A stretch of 64,000 nt of DNA, taken from NCBI RefSeq assembly GCF_000372725.1, contig NW_005201984.1, positions 248,001 through 312,000 of the forward strand. The letters run 5' to 3'. Shown in pieces: positions 1 through 11,138 of the stretch (the stretch's first letter is position 1; the number at the start of each line of letters is the position of its first letter). Origin of the DNA: Emiliania huxleyi CCMP1516. Taxonomy: Eukaryota. A program made the translations under genes and the position numbers. Below the pieces are notes generated by a model. The model made no database searches. It was not told where the DNA came from and was given only the letters and a program-made list of their open reading frames with translations.

Positions 1-1035
1 GCCGCCGCCGGCCGACATGTGGTCTCGCAAGGCGTCCCAAACCAGCGCTTCCCCGCGCTGGGACCGCTTCCTCTGGCTCGCCGCCTACACGCAGCTCATC
101 TCGCGCCCGTCAGAGGCGACGCTCGCTTGGGCGGCGGAGCGGCGGCGGGAGCTGCGGCCGCATCTCGCGGGCCCGTGCGCGCGCTTCCCGGCCGTGTCGT
201 TGCAGGCGCGGCGCGGAGACAAGTGCAACAGCGCGAACGCGCGGATGCGGCCGCAGCACTCCTTCTCGTGCGGAGGCCTCGCGGCGTACTTGCCCGCGCT
301 GCGGGCCATCCGGCACGCCTACGGCTCGCGCGCCGTAGATGGCATTTCCGTCACACACACCTCCCCGCCCTCACTCTGCGCTCTGTGCCGCCAGGCTCCT
401 GCGCGCTGCGCGTCGCCACGGATGGCCGGTCGCTCATCGAGGAGCTCGAGAGCGGCGCGCCGAGATCTAGCCGAGATCTAGCCGAGATCTAGCCGGGATG
501 TAGCCGAGATCTAGCCGAGATCTAGCCGAGATCTAGCCGGGATGTAGCCGAGAACTAGCCGGGGCGGCGCGGGCTCGAGAGTGATGCGCGCCGCCCGAGA
601 GCGAGAGCGCGAGGCGCCGCTGCGCCGCGTGGGGGCCTGTGAGGCCGCCCTCTTCCCACGCGGGACACGCTGTGAGCAGGGGCGCTGCCTGAGCTGGAGG
701 GGTGGCACGTGCTCTACCACGCCTTCAACCGCACCGCGCACGAGGCGCAGCGCTGCGAGCCGATGCCCGTCTGCCAGTGGATCGAGTACCGCCGCGAGAA
801 GCTCGGCATCGACACGGCGGGCATGGGCTTCTCCCTCGCCGCCGACCTGCACCTGCTGGCGGGCGGCGGCGTCTTCGTCGGCCAGTTCGACTCAGAGACG
901 GGGCGGATCGCCTACCTGCGCATGGCCGCGCGCCTCGGCCTCGCCCCTCCCTTCTGGCACTACCAGTCGACAAAGGAGCGCGCCCGCGCCTGGCACCCGT
1001 TTACGCGGCGGCCGCGCATGTGGGCGGAGGTCTAG
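1..1035 (+). CDS. Alpha-1,6-fucosyltransferase-like (GT23/FUT8-NodZ type) protein, 3' part, multi-exon
   Basis: Exon translations SLQARRGDKC (cf. HVRRxDK), LRVATDG, and SLAADLHLLAGGGVFVGQFDSETGRIAYLRM (cf. DxxLL..cd.lV.T.SS...RlAYel). Stop TAG at 1033-1035. The 5' end lies outside the window. Confidence 0.6.
459..560. repeat. 11-bp intronic tandem repeat (CCGAGATCTAG)n
   Basis: About 9 copies are visible. Related motifs recur in introns at about 25147-25180 and 43375-43450. Confidence 0.95.
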
Positions 1036-1416
1036 CGAGACCTCTCAGAGTCTCAGGATACTGCAAAGGGGGTGCATACGGGGGGTATTAGTAGAGCCGT
1101 ACGATGGGAACGCGTGCATATCCTGACGAGTACATTACTACAGTAGAGTGTCGTGTGCCGTATGTGTGAGAGGGGGAGCGCACAGTGGAAAGTCAAAGCT
1201 CTCGGTGTTTTGTTTAGGGCGGGCGCACCGCCGCGGGGGAGAAAGGAGGCGGTGTGGCGTGTGCGCCGGGGGCCGACACCGCGGTGGACACGGACCGAGA
1301 GACAGTGCGAAAAAAAACGCGCTCATGCGAGACCGAGAGACACACCCCCTATGGCCCCCGCGTGCGGTAGCGCGGGGAACTTACAATACACAAATAGATG
1401 GGCAATGCCTTGTGCT

Positions 1417-2557
1417 TCAGCCCGCCTGCTTGCGCTTGCGGCTGCCGGCTCCGCCTCCGCCGGCTCCTCCCCCCTTGGACGCCGCCTGCTTTGACGCCTG
1501 CTCGGCTAGCCGCGCCTTGCGCTGCTCGGCCAGCCGCGCCTCTCGCCGCTCCCCCACCTTGCTGATGTGCTCCGCGTGCTTCTCGCCGTACTCCTCGAGG
1601 AGGGCGCACAGTGTCGAGAGGCTGTCGCTGCCCGTCGCGCCGCCCTGCCGCTGCCTCCACTGCTCGAGGCTCTGGCGCCCATTCCACAGCGTGTAGGCGA
1701 CGGTCGTCGCGTTGCCAGCCTTTTGCAGCATCTGCGTGAAACCCGCCCACGCGTCGTCCGGCACGCCGGCCGGCCGCGCGGCAGCGACCTCGTGCGCCAG
1801 CCGGCGCACCTCCTCCTCCACCTCGACCGCCCGCTGCGTCAGCACCTTTTGGTACTCCGGGTCCGTCCGCCTGCGGCCCGCCTACGCGGAAGACTCGGGA
1901 GACGCTGTAGGGGAAGGCTCCAGCTCCTCTCCGGGTGGTCCGCCGCGCCTCGGCGTCGACGGCCCCCTGCAGCCGCTGCAGCGCGGCCGTCGCCTTCTCG
2001 TGGCCCTTGACGTGCCGGTGCTTGTTCTGCAGCGTCTCCAGCAAAGCGCGCGTCTCCCCCCGCAGCAGGTGCGCCGCGTAGTCCTGCTCCGGCTCCTGCT
2101 TCCCGTGCGGCTTGAGCCACGCTTTGGCCGGCACACTACTTGGGCGCGCCTTGACGGCCTCGCGGCCGAGCTCGCAGAGACGCCTCTCCGTCTCCTCCGT
2201 CGCAGCCACCGCGCCGCGCCGACCCGCGGCCCGCTTCTCCTCGGCCTCCTCCCGTGCTCGTGCCTCCTCCCTCGCGCGTGACTCGGCGGCGGTGAGCGGC
2301 GCTCGCTTGCCGTTGCCGCCTCCAGCCGTCGCCAGCCCGGGAAGACTGCGTAGCTCGAAGCGGGCGAGTGCGGCGCTGTCGGGCCGCCCGGGAGGCAGCC
2401 GCATGTCTCTCGGCGGAAGCCGCCGCAGCAGCGGGCCCAGCCGCGAGCCGGGGCTGAGCGGCAGCGGCTCGCCGTCGCCCTGGACCTCGCGCAGCCATGC
2501 CTCCCACGGCCGCGGCGCTGGGGCGCGCAGGTAGCCGGGCAGCGCCTCGGTGGACAT
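1417..2557 (-). CDS. Hypothetical protein, probably 2 or more exons
   Basis: Protein-like ORFs 2557->~1920 (MSTEALPG...) and 1845->1417 (...EEYGEKHAEHISK...RKRKQAG). No family recognised. Confidence 0.4.
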
Positions 2558-2684
2558 GTATCGGTATTGCGCGACGGAAAAACGAGGTTTGCCCTGGACT
2601 CCGATTTACGCCCCGGCGGGGATGCATTTGCGGGTTTCCCCGTGCCGCGAGACTTGGGCATGTATCTCCCGCGATGTGTCGCGG

Positions 2685-3523
2685 ACAAACCCAAGTAGAC
2701 GCCCCTTGGGCGGGATCGCGTCTTACTTACACAAGAGGAACTATAACACTCGCTAGTCATGTACAATCATGAGAACTGGGTCCAGGCTCCATAGTGAGGT
2801 GGTCTCCCAGTCTAGCGCACCTCGCGCCCGGCGGGCGGCGACCTGTCCGTCCACCGACCCCTCCGCCCGCGCGTGCCACCGCCGCCTCCACCGCCGAGTC
2901 GAAGAGCCGTCGTAGACCCGTCGTCCGTCCACCGTGTGGTACGCCGCGAAGCGGCCCGACGCCCAGGGAAGTCGGCGGCCGCGCGAGCCCGACGCCTGCT
3001 CCTGCTTGCGCACGCCTGCGTAGCCGGTGCTGCTGCGACTCGAGAGGTGCAGCCGCCAGCCCTGCGCCTCTGTCACCACCGCCGGCGCCTCCCCCGCGGG
3101 GCCCATGTGGGATGGACCTGCGAAAGCGCGGGGAAGGGAGAGTGCATTCAGAAGGCAGAACCTGAGCACAAGTGGGGGGCTTGCTCGCGAGCCTTGACTT
3201 GCATCGACTTGATTACAACGCGGAGCCATCGCGGGTAGCCAGAGGCGGCGGACCGAGCAGCATGGGCGGCGTGTCATTCTGCAGTCGATCGCCGCCGAGC
3301 GGCATAGCGGCGCCGTCGCGGGTAACCAAAGGCGGCGGGACGGCGGGAGAGGGCGGTGGTGCGGGCGGTGATGCTGATGATATGTGGCCATTGGCCGCCG
3401 CCGCGTCCTCTTTGCGAGCGCTCTCGGCTTCCGTCCCTTTTTACGCTTATCCCCCCCCCTCGTAAGTGGCACGAGCTTTCGGCGGACCAGGCCAGGGCTT
3501 CTCGTCAGTCTACTTGGGTTTGT
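2685..3523. mobile_element. Putative non-autonomous TIR element (16-bp perfect inverted repeats)
   Basis: ACAAACCCAAGTAGAC (2685-2700) and GTCTACTTGGGTTTGT (3508-3523). No clear TSD. Confidence 0.35.
2860..3090 (-). pseudogene. Degenerate AP2/ERF-like DNA-binding domain fragment
   Basis: VVTEAQGWRLHLSSRSSTGYAGV...GRFAA...DGRRVY, then a frameshift into LFDSAVEAAVA. This resembles the AP2 motif xLGxFdTA.EAA.AY. Confidence 0.5.
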
Positions 3524-3555
3524 TAGTGTCCCGTATTGCTGTTCACAGCTAGGGA

Positions 3556-4979
3556 GCGAAGTGGCAGTAGCCAGCCTCAAGCATCGATGGGATAATAAGA
3601 TGAGATTACCAGACGAGAACGGGGGGAAGGACAGGCGGGCGACATTTGACGACGTCGGGGATCACAATGTGACGACCAAAACGATCCTGGGGGCCAGGGT
3701 GAGACAACAGGTCGGGGTGCCACATGGGGCACACCACAGGCGTATTCTAGAGGGGGAAAAGAAACGGGGAATGAGGGGCCCCGCCACGAGAAGTGCGTTC
3801 TGGGGATGCAGAGCGTGCAAAGCGGCTAGGGATGAGGTCGCAAAAGAGGCGCGCGAGGCAAGGAGGAGACGCGGGGAACTGAAAGACTGGGACGACTGGA
3901 AACAAGAAGACAGTGAGCCACCACAGGCGTCGTTGGCGCACATACTGAGCGGCAGCTGCGCTGGAAATAAGGAAGAGGCGCGTCACTTCATGCGGAAGCT
4001 CGACAAACACACAGCGAGGGCGACAGCAAGAGTTGAACGGGAGGCGCCGGACTCAAAAGACACCGCCACATTCCTGAGACGAGCGAGGGCAGCCTCCTTA
4101 AAGGCGAAAGGGTCTAGATTTGGGGCGCTCGCCGAAGAAGAGTACGACAAAATAGCGCCCGTGATTGCCTGCACGCTACCCGCACTCACGGACTCCATAA
4201 CCGAAAGAAAGAGAAGGGAGCTCGCGGGAGAGGTGACGAGTGAACTACAGGTAGTGGGGAAGGCAGCCTCGATTGCCATACAGACATGGGTGCGAAACAA
4301 CGACAAGACCAAGGCACGGGCAGAGGAACGAGAGAAGAATATAGGGTGGATAAAGCGCCTGTTCACGGCATGGAGGGTGAGCCACACCGAACGTACCGAG
4401 CGAAGAGCCAAGCGGAAGGAGGACGGGGAAGATGACTCCGAGGAGGACGAACCAGTGGAAATCCAGTTGTCAGATGTCACGATGCATCCGAAGGGAACCC
4501 CAGCGCCGGCATCATCCGTAGAGGCACGAGTGTTCGAAGAGAGAGTGGACCTGAGCAACAACATGACCTGTAGGCAAATGATCGGAGTGGGAGTCAGAAA
4601 TGTGGTCCTTGCGCGAGGGGAGCTCGATAGACTCGAGGGGCCAGGATACGCCGCGAGGAGGACGGAGTTGCGCCGACAGGCGAAAGAAGCCGCGAGAACA
4701 AGGGACCGGCAGGTGGCGGCGTCGCAGGACGAGGCAGAAGAGAACAACGCGTCAGAGGAGGAAGTGACAAGGGAGAGAACGATGAGGGTGGGACGACCGC
4801 GAGGTGGCATGAAGGTTGCAGCGAGAATCGGCGAGAGACTGCGAAGAGAGATAGGAAGAGGCAGACTCCCTAGGGTGGGCGACGGATAGCGCACCACACA
4901 CCTCTCCTTAAAATCCCTGTGTGGTGGCGGCGTGCCGTCCTCCCATCCCTCCCTTGGGTTGTCTGTTTTCTTTCTTTCT
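3556..4979 (+). mobile_element. 5'-truncated non-LTR retrotransposon (family A): ORF C-terminus, 3' UTR and (TTTC)n tail
   Basis: The ORF ending at 4889 is homologous to ORF 30581-32209 (shared DHNVxTKTxxGARVRQQxGVPHG, GCxxCK, AHxLSGxC). Its 3' end is near-identical to tails at 20619-20749 and 41863-42318. Possible short TSD TAGGGA (3550-3555/4980-4985). Confidence 0.75.
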
Positions 4980-5721
4980 TAGGGACGGCCTCTGCGGCAA
5001 AGTCAAACCACCCCACCTACCACCTACCTACCGCAGCAAACCTTCGGCTCCCGCTCAGAGGCTCGCCGCGCCCGTGCGGCGCGCCGAGGCGGCGCCGAGG
5101 CCGGCGCCTTGCACCCGGCCCGCGGCCGGCACCGCCTCGCCCCACAACTGACCGCCCTGCGGCCCCTGCGCAGGCGTACCACAGGCGTCGCTCCTCGATG
5201 ATCGCTTTGCGGTGCTCCGTGATCTCGTCACCGCGCTTGCCGAGGAACTCGCTCTGGATCCACTTTTCCACGGCATACTGTGGGATGCCGCCGAAGAGCT
5301 TGGCCTGCACGAAGTGCACCATCTGCTCTTTCGACCAGTCGCGCTCTGTGCCCTCACAGCGCTTGACCTCCTCCACGATGTTGTGGAAGAACATCGGGTT
5401 GCTCGAGTCGCGCAGCTTGGACCACTGCATCGAGGCGCCGACGGCCAGCGCGAAGACTTCGCGCTCGTTCGGCAGCGTGTGCTTCGACTTGCGTGCGCCA
5501 GAGGCTGAGAAGAGCGAGTGCATGCTCCGCTGATTCCGCTTTTGCTTGCCGCCAACTGCTTGCCGCCCACGAAGAAAGAACTCGCACGCCAAATGGGACG
5601 TGATGAGCGCGGCGCGCGAAGGTACTTCACAACTTTGTCTTTGACGTACAACACATGACATGTCCATGTACATGTACAGCTGTAGAGCGTGCGGCCGACG
5701 TGTCCCGCTGATCCCCGAGGT

Positions 5722-5835
5722 CCCCACCCATCCCCACCCATCCCCACCCATCCCCACCCATCCCCACCCATCCCCACCCATCCCCACCCATCCCCACCCA
5801 TCCCCACCCATCCCCACCCATCCCCACCCATCCCC
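5722..5835. repeat. 10-bp tandem repeat (CCCCACCCAT)n, about 11 copies; G-quadruplex/i-motif-prone
   Basis: Directly visible. Confidence 0.95.
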
Positions 5836-6387
5836 AGCTCGCTCGATCACACCACCCCAAGAGCCCTTGGGGAAATCCGTTTGCCATACGCTCCGAGCGG
5901 CATGCGTGTGATGACGAACATCCGTTGTGCCCTTGTTTGTTCTTCTGGTGCCTTGGAGTGCTTGGGGGGGGGCGACAGGGAGGATGTGGCCCTGAGTTAT
6001 GTGTACGCCTACTCAGGGTGTGAGATCTTTCTTCAGGGTGTGTGGCAGCCAGCTGGCTGTGAGCTGTGTGTCTTGTGAGCCTGTTTGTGTCTGTGTGTCG
6101 CTCGTGCGTGTCGTCATCATCTGTCTAGCGTCCACCGCTCCACCCATACCGCGTTGGTGTCCAGTCCGAGCCTGGCTGTTCTTCACCTTTCTACCTACCT
6201 ACCAACCCTGTTCCGACCGTGTTCGAACGCTGCCGAACACGGTCAGAGCATGGGGGCTGATCACGAAAGGATCAAGGTCCGGAAATAGGACCGTCACCAC
6301 GGGGCTCACCCTGTTCCGCCCCTGATCCGACCATGATCCGACCCATGATCAAAGTGATGACGGTCTGATCAAGGTCGGATCAATCAA

Positions 6388-6551
6388 GGTCGGAACAGGT
6401 CAGAATTTTACAACTAAACTCCCTCGCACAACACTGGGCACGGGACTTCCAAAAGAACTCCGGTCCGCCGGTCGGAACAGGTCAGAATTTTACAACTAAA
6501 CTCCCTCGCACAACACTGGGCACGGGACTTCCAAAAGAACTCCGGTCCGCC
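6388..6551. repeat. Exact 82-bp tandem duplication
   Basis: 6388-6469 equals 6470-6551 (GGTCGGAACAGGTCAGAATTTT...CCGGTCCGCC). Confidence 0.95.
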
Positions 6552-6712
6552 GGCGGCGTGCCGTCCGCGCCACCGCGGCTGCGGGGTTGATAGAGCAGGC
6601 CGGCAGCGGCTCCTGATGTACCTCCACTTTTGGGTGGCGGTCGCGCGCTGCCGACGGCGCTCACCGGCGCTACGGCGCTCGCGGCGCGCTCGTGGCGTTC
6701 AGGGCGGCTCGC

Positions 6713-6745
<33 letters not shown>

Positions 6746-6877
6746 TGCATGCATGCATGCATGCACAGACACACACAGCCCCTTCCCAAGGGGGGAGGAC
6801 ACGCGCAGGCCGCACCTCTAGTGTGAGGCCCGCATAGTATGTGGGAGACTCATGCCGCCGCCCCTGCCACCCCTGTG

Positions 6878-7082
6878 TCAGTGTGCCCGTGGTAGTGAGA
6901 GACTGCCGGTGAGCAGCCGGAGGCAGGTCGCTAGACTGAGATGAGACCGCCAGTAGTGGAGTTGGGATTCCACCGCGTCGTGCACCGCGCTGGTGACCCT
7001 TGTCAGGAGCAGGAGAGCCCCACCTGTGCCCCTGATCGTCCTTCCAAAATCCTGCTCGTGCAGGTGGGGTACAGGCTGTTTT
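6878..7082 (+). mobile_element. Retroposon 3' fragment (family B)
   Basis: Inverted homology with about 41620-41860. Shares the AAAATCCTGCTCGTGCAGGTG motif with 40070-40095 and 47655-47700. Confidence 0.65.
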
Positions 7083-8946
7083 CGGCATAAATTTCTTTCG
7101 TTTTGACGCGCGCTCACGCCTCTGCGCACCGCGCCTCGGCACCGGCTTTGCTGCCACCGTGTCGAGGACGCCCAGCCCTCGCATGGTTGAAGGTCCCATC
7201 AACTCATTCCATCGCCAAGTTGCTCGGCGGCCGCGCAATGCGGAGACCACCGAAAGCACCGCAGATGAGCCGTAAAACATGCCTGCACCTAGCTGCAGAC
7301 GTGCCCACATTCTCCTCGGTGTCGTATCTGAGGCGGATTGACCTGGATTTTGACTCCACCGCCGCCACGGTGCATGGAAACCACCCTGGCGGCGCCCGTG
7401 GACGTCGAACGCTCATGCGCCGAGTCTTCTGTAGCCACAGCAGCAGCTACAGCGGCGCAGACTGGCGGCAGCCTGCACGGCAGTAGTCCAGTATGACTGT
7501 GGTGCGGTGCGGCGGTCGACAGCCGGCGGCATCAAATGCGGAGTGATCGCGGGCAATGCGGACTCCACCGTGACGCCACAGAGCCGCGGTGCGAGCCATG
7601 TGGCTCTATACACCGTCGCAAAACTGTCGCAGGACGAGCGGCGCCAGCTGGTAGCTGGGGCCGCAGGGCGGTCAGGCCAACACCGTATGCTAGTCGGAGT
7701 GGATTGTCTAGAGGTGTAGAGGTCGGTAGAGTGTCCGTTTGTGGCCTCCGGACGGGCTCTGGTCGGGAGCCCGCCGGGCCGGCTGAGGCTGTGTGTCCGT
7801 CCACTATGGACCCAGTGGTGGCTTAGAAGTGCTCTCTGGGAAGTACACATCCTATATAACACCTGCGGACCGGAAGGTACCGCCGTGGCGCCGCGAGGGG
7901 CCGTTTAACCGCCCTCTAGTACGTAGTAGAGAGGCGGATAGTGTCGCTGTTTTCGAAAGGCGCTGACAGCCCGGCGCGTACCGCGCGACGCCCGGGCTAC
8001 CCAGGGACCAGTGAAAGGCCTATACCAACCCTTCAAAATAACCTACTAACTTTGGTACACTCTCACTTTGATATTTCCCGCGGTGCACACTCAAAGTCCG
8101 GAAATCTAGCAGACGCGCGCGTTTTGGCCGGCTACCCCATCGGGTCGCACGGAGACGCGGGTAGGCCGCCGCAAGCCGCCTCCGGGTGCAGGGGCCCGGC
8201 GCGGTGGGCGGGGGCAACGGCCCGGCAGCTGGCCGCGCCTCTCCGCCCCGCCCGTCGCCGCTGCACCCCTTGCCGCAGCCCTCGTCGCTGCAGCGACGAC
8301 AGCCGCGGCACGAGGTCAGAACGCGGCCTCGGAGAGCCCGAGCGAAGGCGCCGACGGTGGCAGCCGTGGTAGTGGTTGATGGTAGAAGGCTCCTGAGCCG
8401 TCGGGCACCACGCTCGACGTCGCCGAGCAGCCGCACCCGGCGCGAGCGCCTGCGCGTCGGCGGGTGCCACCGAAGGCGGGTGGGCAGCGCCGGGCGGGGC
8501 GGCGGAGCTTCTCGAGGCACGCACGTGCCCCGCGGGGCGCCGAGGCAGACACTCCGCCCGCGCTGACGACATGGCAGCATAGGGCTTCCTATCCTTGCTC
8601 AGAGTCTTCTTCCTCTGCAGGGGCGGGCCGCGGCCGCCCATGCTGTGCACCATCAGGCCCAAATTGTCATGGGTGGACGTCATCTGCTGGCGAAGCGACC
8701 GGTTGTCCAGTGTCGAGATGGGGTTGCCGAGATAACCCGCACGGGCTTCGCCTCGAGAGTCGCGGGCTACACGATTCGTCGGGCCGCCAGGGGGTTCGGC
8801 AAAATCCAACTTGAAAGGACTTCCTAGACTGAGCTACGATGCATCAGTGTACCAGCGCCGTGTGCATGCCGCGCATCATTAGGGCGTTGCGGGGCGTCTA
8901 CCCATGACATTCGCGCGTCAAGATGAAGGCGCGTGAAGACGAAAAC

Positions 8947-11032
8947 TGTAAGAGATAAGGCGTCCCGGTGTGACGTGTTCCACACCCCTCACCCGTGTGC
9001 GTGTCTCTCTCGGACGGAGAGAGGAGCCACCCTCCCTTCCTCCTGTGTCCGTGTCTGTCCCGCGCACATTGTCATGGAAGGTGGAGCGCGCACATGTAGC
9101 GAAGTCATTCTTAGTCCTTCACTGTTTACGATTTCCGACATGGTTCCTTCGCGTGAGATCATCGACGACACTGCGGTCGTCAACGACGGCACGGCGGCCG
9201 TCAACCAGCGCACGACGAGCTACTGCGAGCCCGTCGTGGAGTCCACCGTCCGCTCGATACGGTCGGTGAACACCAAGGATGTCTCGGACGGCAAAGCGAC
9301 GCCAACCGAGGACATCAAGGTGACTGGCAAGGCTGGAGACCTTGCACTCGGCACTGAGGCCGGCAATGAGACTGAGACCAACGGCACTGAGGCCAGCACT
9401 GAGACCAAGCTCAAGGGCGACTCCATCAACTCGATGACCGACGCCAACATCACCAGCATCGTCGGAGGTGACGGAGCTGGTTTCCAAGATTCATCTGACC
9501 TGGCCACCAAGAACGAGCTCTGGCACCTGACCGAGGAGCACGTGTGGCCGGCGATGCTTGCCGAGGCGGAGGAGATCGCTCTCGACCACAAGAAGGCGTC
9601 CGACATCGACATTGCCAAGATCCTCGCAGTGCCGCAAGCCGCACAGTTTGCCGAGGCCATGCAACACACCTTCAAGGCCATCGGTGCGGAGATCCACCGG
9701 CGCATTGTTAAGCTCGCCGTCTACTTTGCCAAGTTGCTCCCTGCCGGCTTCGCCATTCTCGACTCGCAAACCTCCACTCCCACTCTCTTCCCCGACGTTG
9801 CCGACGCCTTCATGCTCAGCACGATTGGCGACGGCTCTGTCAGCAGCGACTGGGATCCGCGGAGGTTCAAGTGCCAGCCATTCAATGGCAACCCCAACGA
9901 CTACGAGCGGTTCATCAGCGATGCGCTTGACCACCTCGGCAGCTGCTTTGGCACTCACGCTGACGAGGACTACTCACTCGCCGATGAGGCCAAGGGGCAC
10001 TCCGCCTACGGGTACGTCGAGCAGGACGGAACCGACGCCTCCAGCAGTCTCGGGAGGTTGCCAGCGTTGCAGCACGACACGGCTTGGCGGACCGAGTCGC
10101 AGCCGCCCATTCAGAAGGGCCTGCCCTTGACGAGAAGGGCAGCGAGGGCGGCGGCGGCGGCGGCGCCGAGGCCGAGGCCGATCCAGCCATGGGAGTTGTC
10201 GTGCAGCAGCTGGTCTGGCTCGCAGAACTCGGCTCCGCTTCCGCCGAAGAAGTCGCTCGAAAAGGGGTCATCAGAAGACTGTTCGGCAAAGATCTTGACG
10301 CTGGCGGCGTACTCCTCGGCAGCAGGCTGCTTGTCGGCGGTAGAATGGACGACGGGCATCGTCTCGACGGCGTCGGCGTTGCTGTTGAAGTTGCCAAGGT
10401 AGCCTAGGTCGAAGATGTCGACGGCATCGGCAGCCCCACCGTCGGCATCGGCGATGTCGCCGTCCTCCTCGTCGCCCTCGCGAGAGGCGGTGGCGTCCTC
10501 AACGGCCCGCGCATCGCCGCGCCCATCGAAGCTGCTGGTCGGTGCGCCAGAGCGTGCGACGGCATTGAGGCGCTGGAGCGCCTGCGACACGAAGACGCAG
10601 CAGCCGTTGAGCTCGCTCGGGCAGACCTTGGCAGAGTGGCCGAGGCCTTGGCAGTTGAAGCAGCGGATCAGATCGCGTAAGACGGCTTCGGAGACGGGCT
10701 GCTTGCGTACGGGAGCCTGAGCGCCGCGCGCAAGTCGACCGACATAGACGGAAGGTCACATGCCTCGTTCATTAGCTCGCGCCTCTGATCAGCGCGACGC
10801 CTTACCTTTGTTGTCTCTGCAGACAATGGGGGAGTGTAATAAGAGATAAGGCGTCCCGGTGTGACGTGTTCCACACCCCTCACCCGTGTGCGTGTCTCTC
10901 TCGGACGGAGAGAGGAGCCACCCTCCCTTCCTCCTGTGTCCGTGTCTGTCCCGCGCACATTGTCATGGAAGGTGGAGCGCGCACATTGTAGCGAAGTCAT
11001 TCTTAGTCCTTTACTGTTTACGATTTCCGACA
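8947..11032 (+). mobile_element. Small non-autonomous LTR retrotransposon with gag remnants
   Basis: LTRs at 8947-9140 and 10835-11032 (TG...CA, near-identical). 5-bp TSD AAAAC (8942-8946/11033-11037). TGG-starting PBS-like sequence at 9141 and PPT AATGGGGGAG at 10825-10834. Gag-like ORF (FNGNPNDYERF) on +; CCHC knuckle on -. Confidence 0.92.
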
Positions 11033-11138
11033 AAAACAGCTTGTAGGTAGGTAGAAAGGTGACTCTGTGTTGTGTTTACGTGAAGAACAGCCAAGCTCGG
11101 AACTGGACACCTACGCGGTGGACGCAAGGTGGGGACCC

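Noticed and set aside
3455..3510. Hammerhead-like CTGACGA...GAAA followed by a hairpin on the - strand
   Set aside because: Stem II does not pair convincingly, and no NUH cleavage triplet follows stem III.
5017..5850. 277-aa minus-strand ORF
   Set aside because: The N-terminus is just the decamer repeat. The central part (~5140-5530) may be coding, but I cannot assign or delimit it.
7204..7420. Tudor/Agenet-like WFPCTV...RLRYD on the - strand
   Set aside because: Too short and isolated to support a call.
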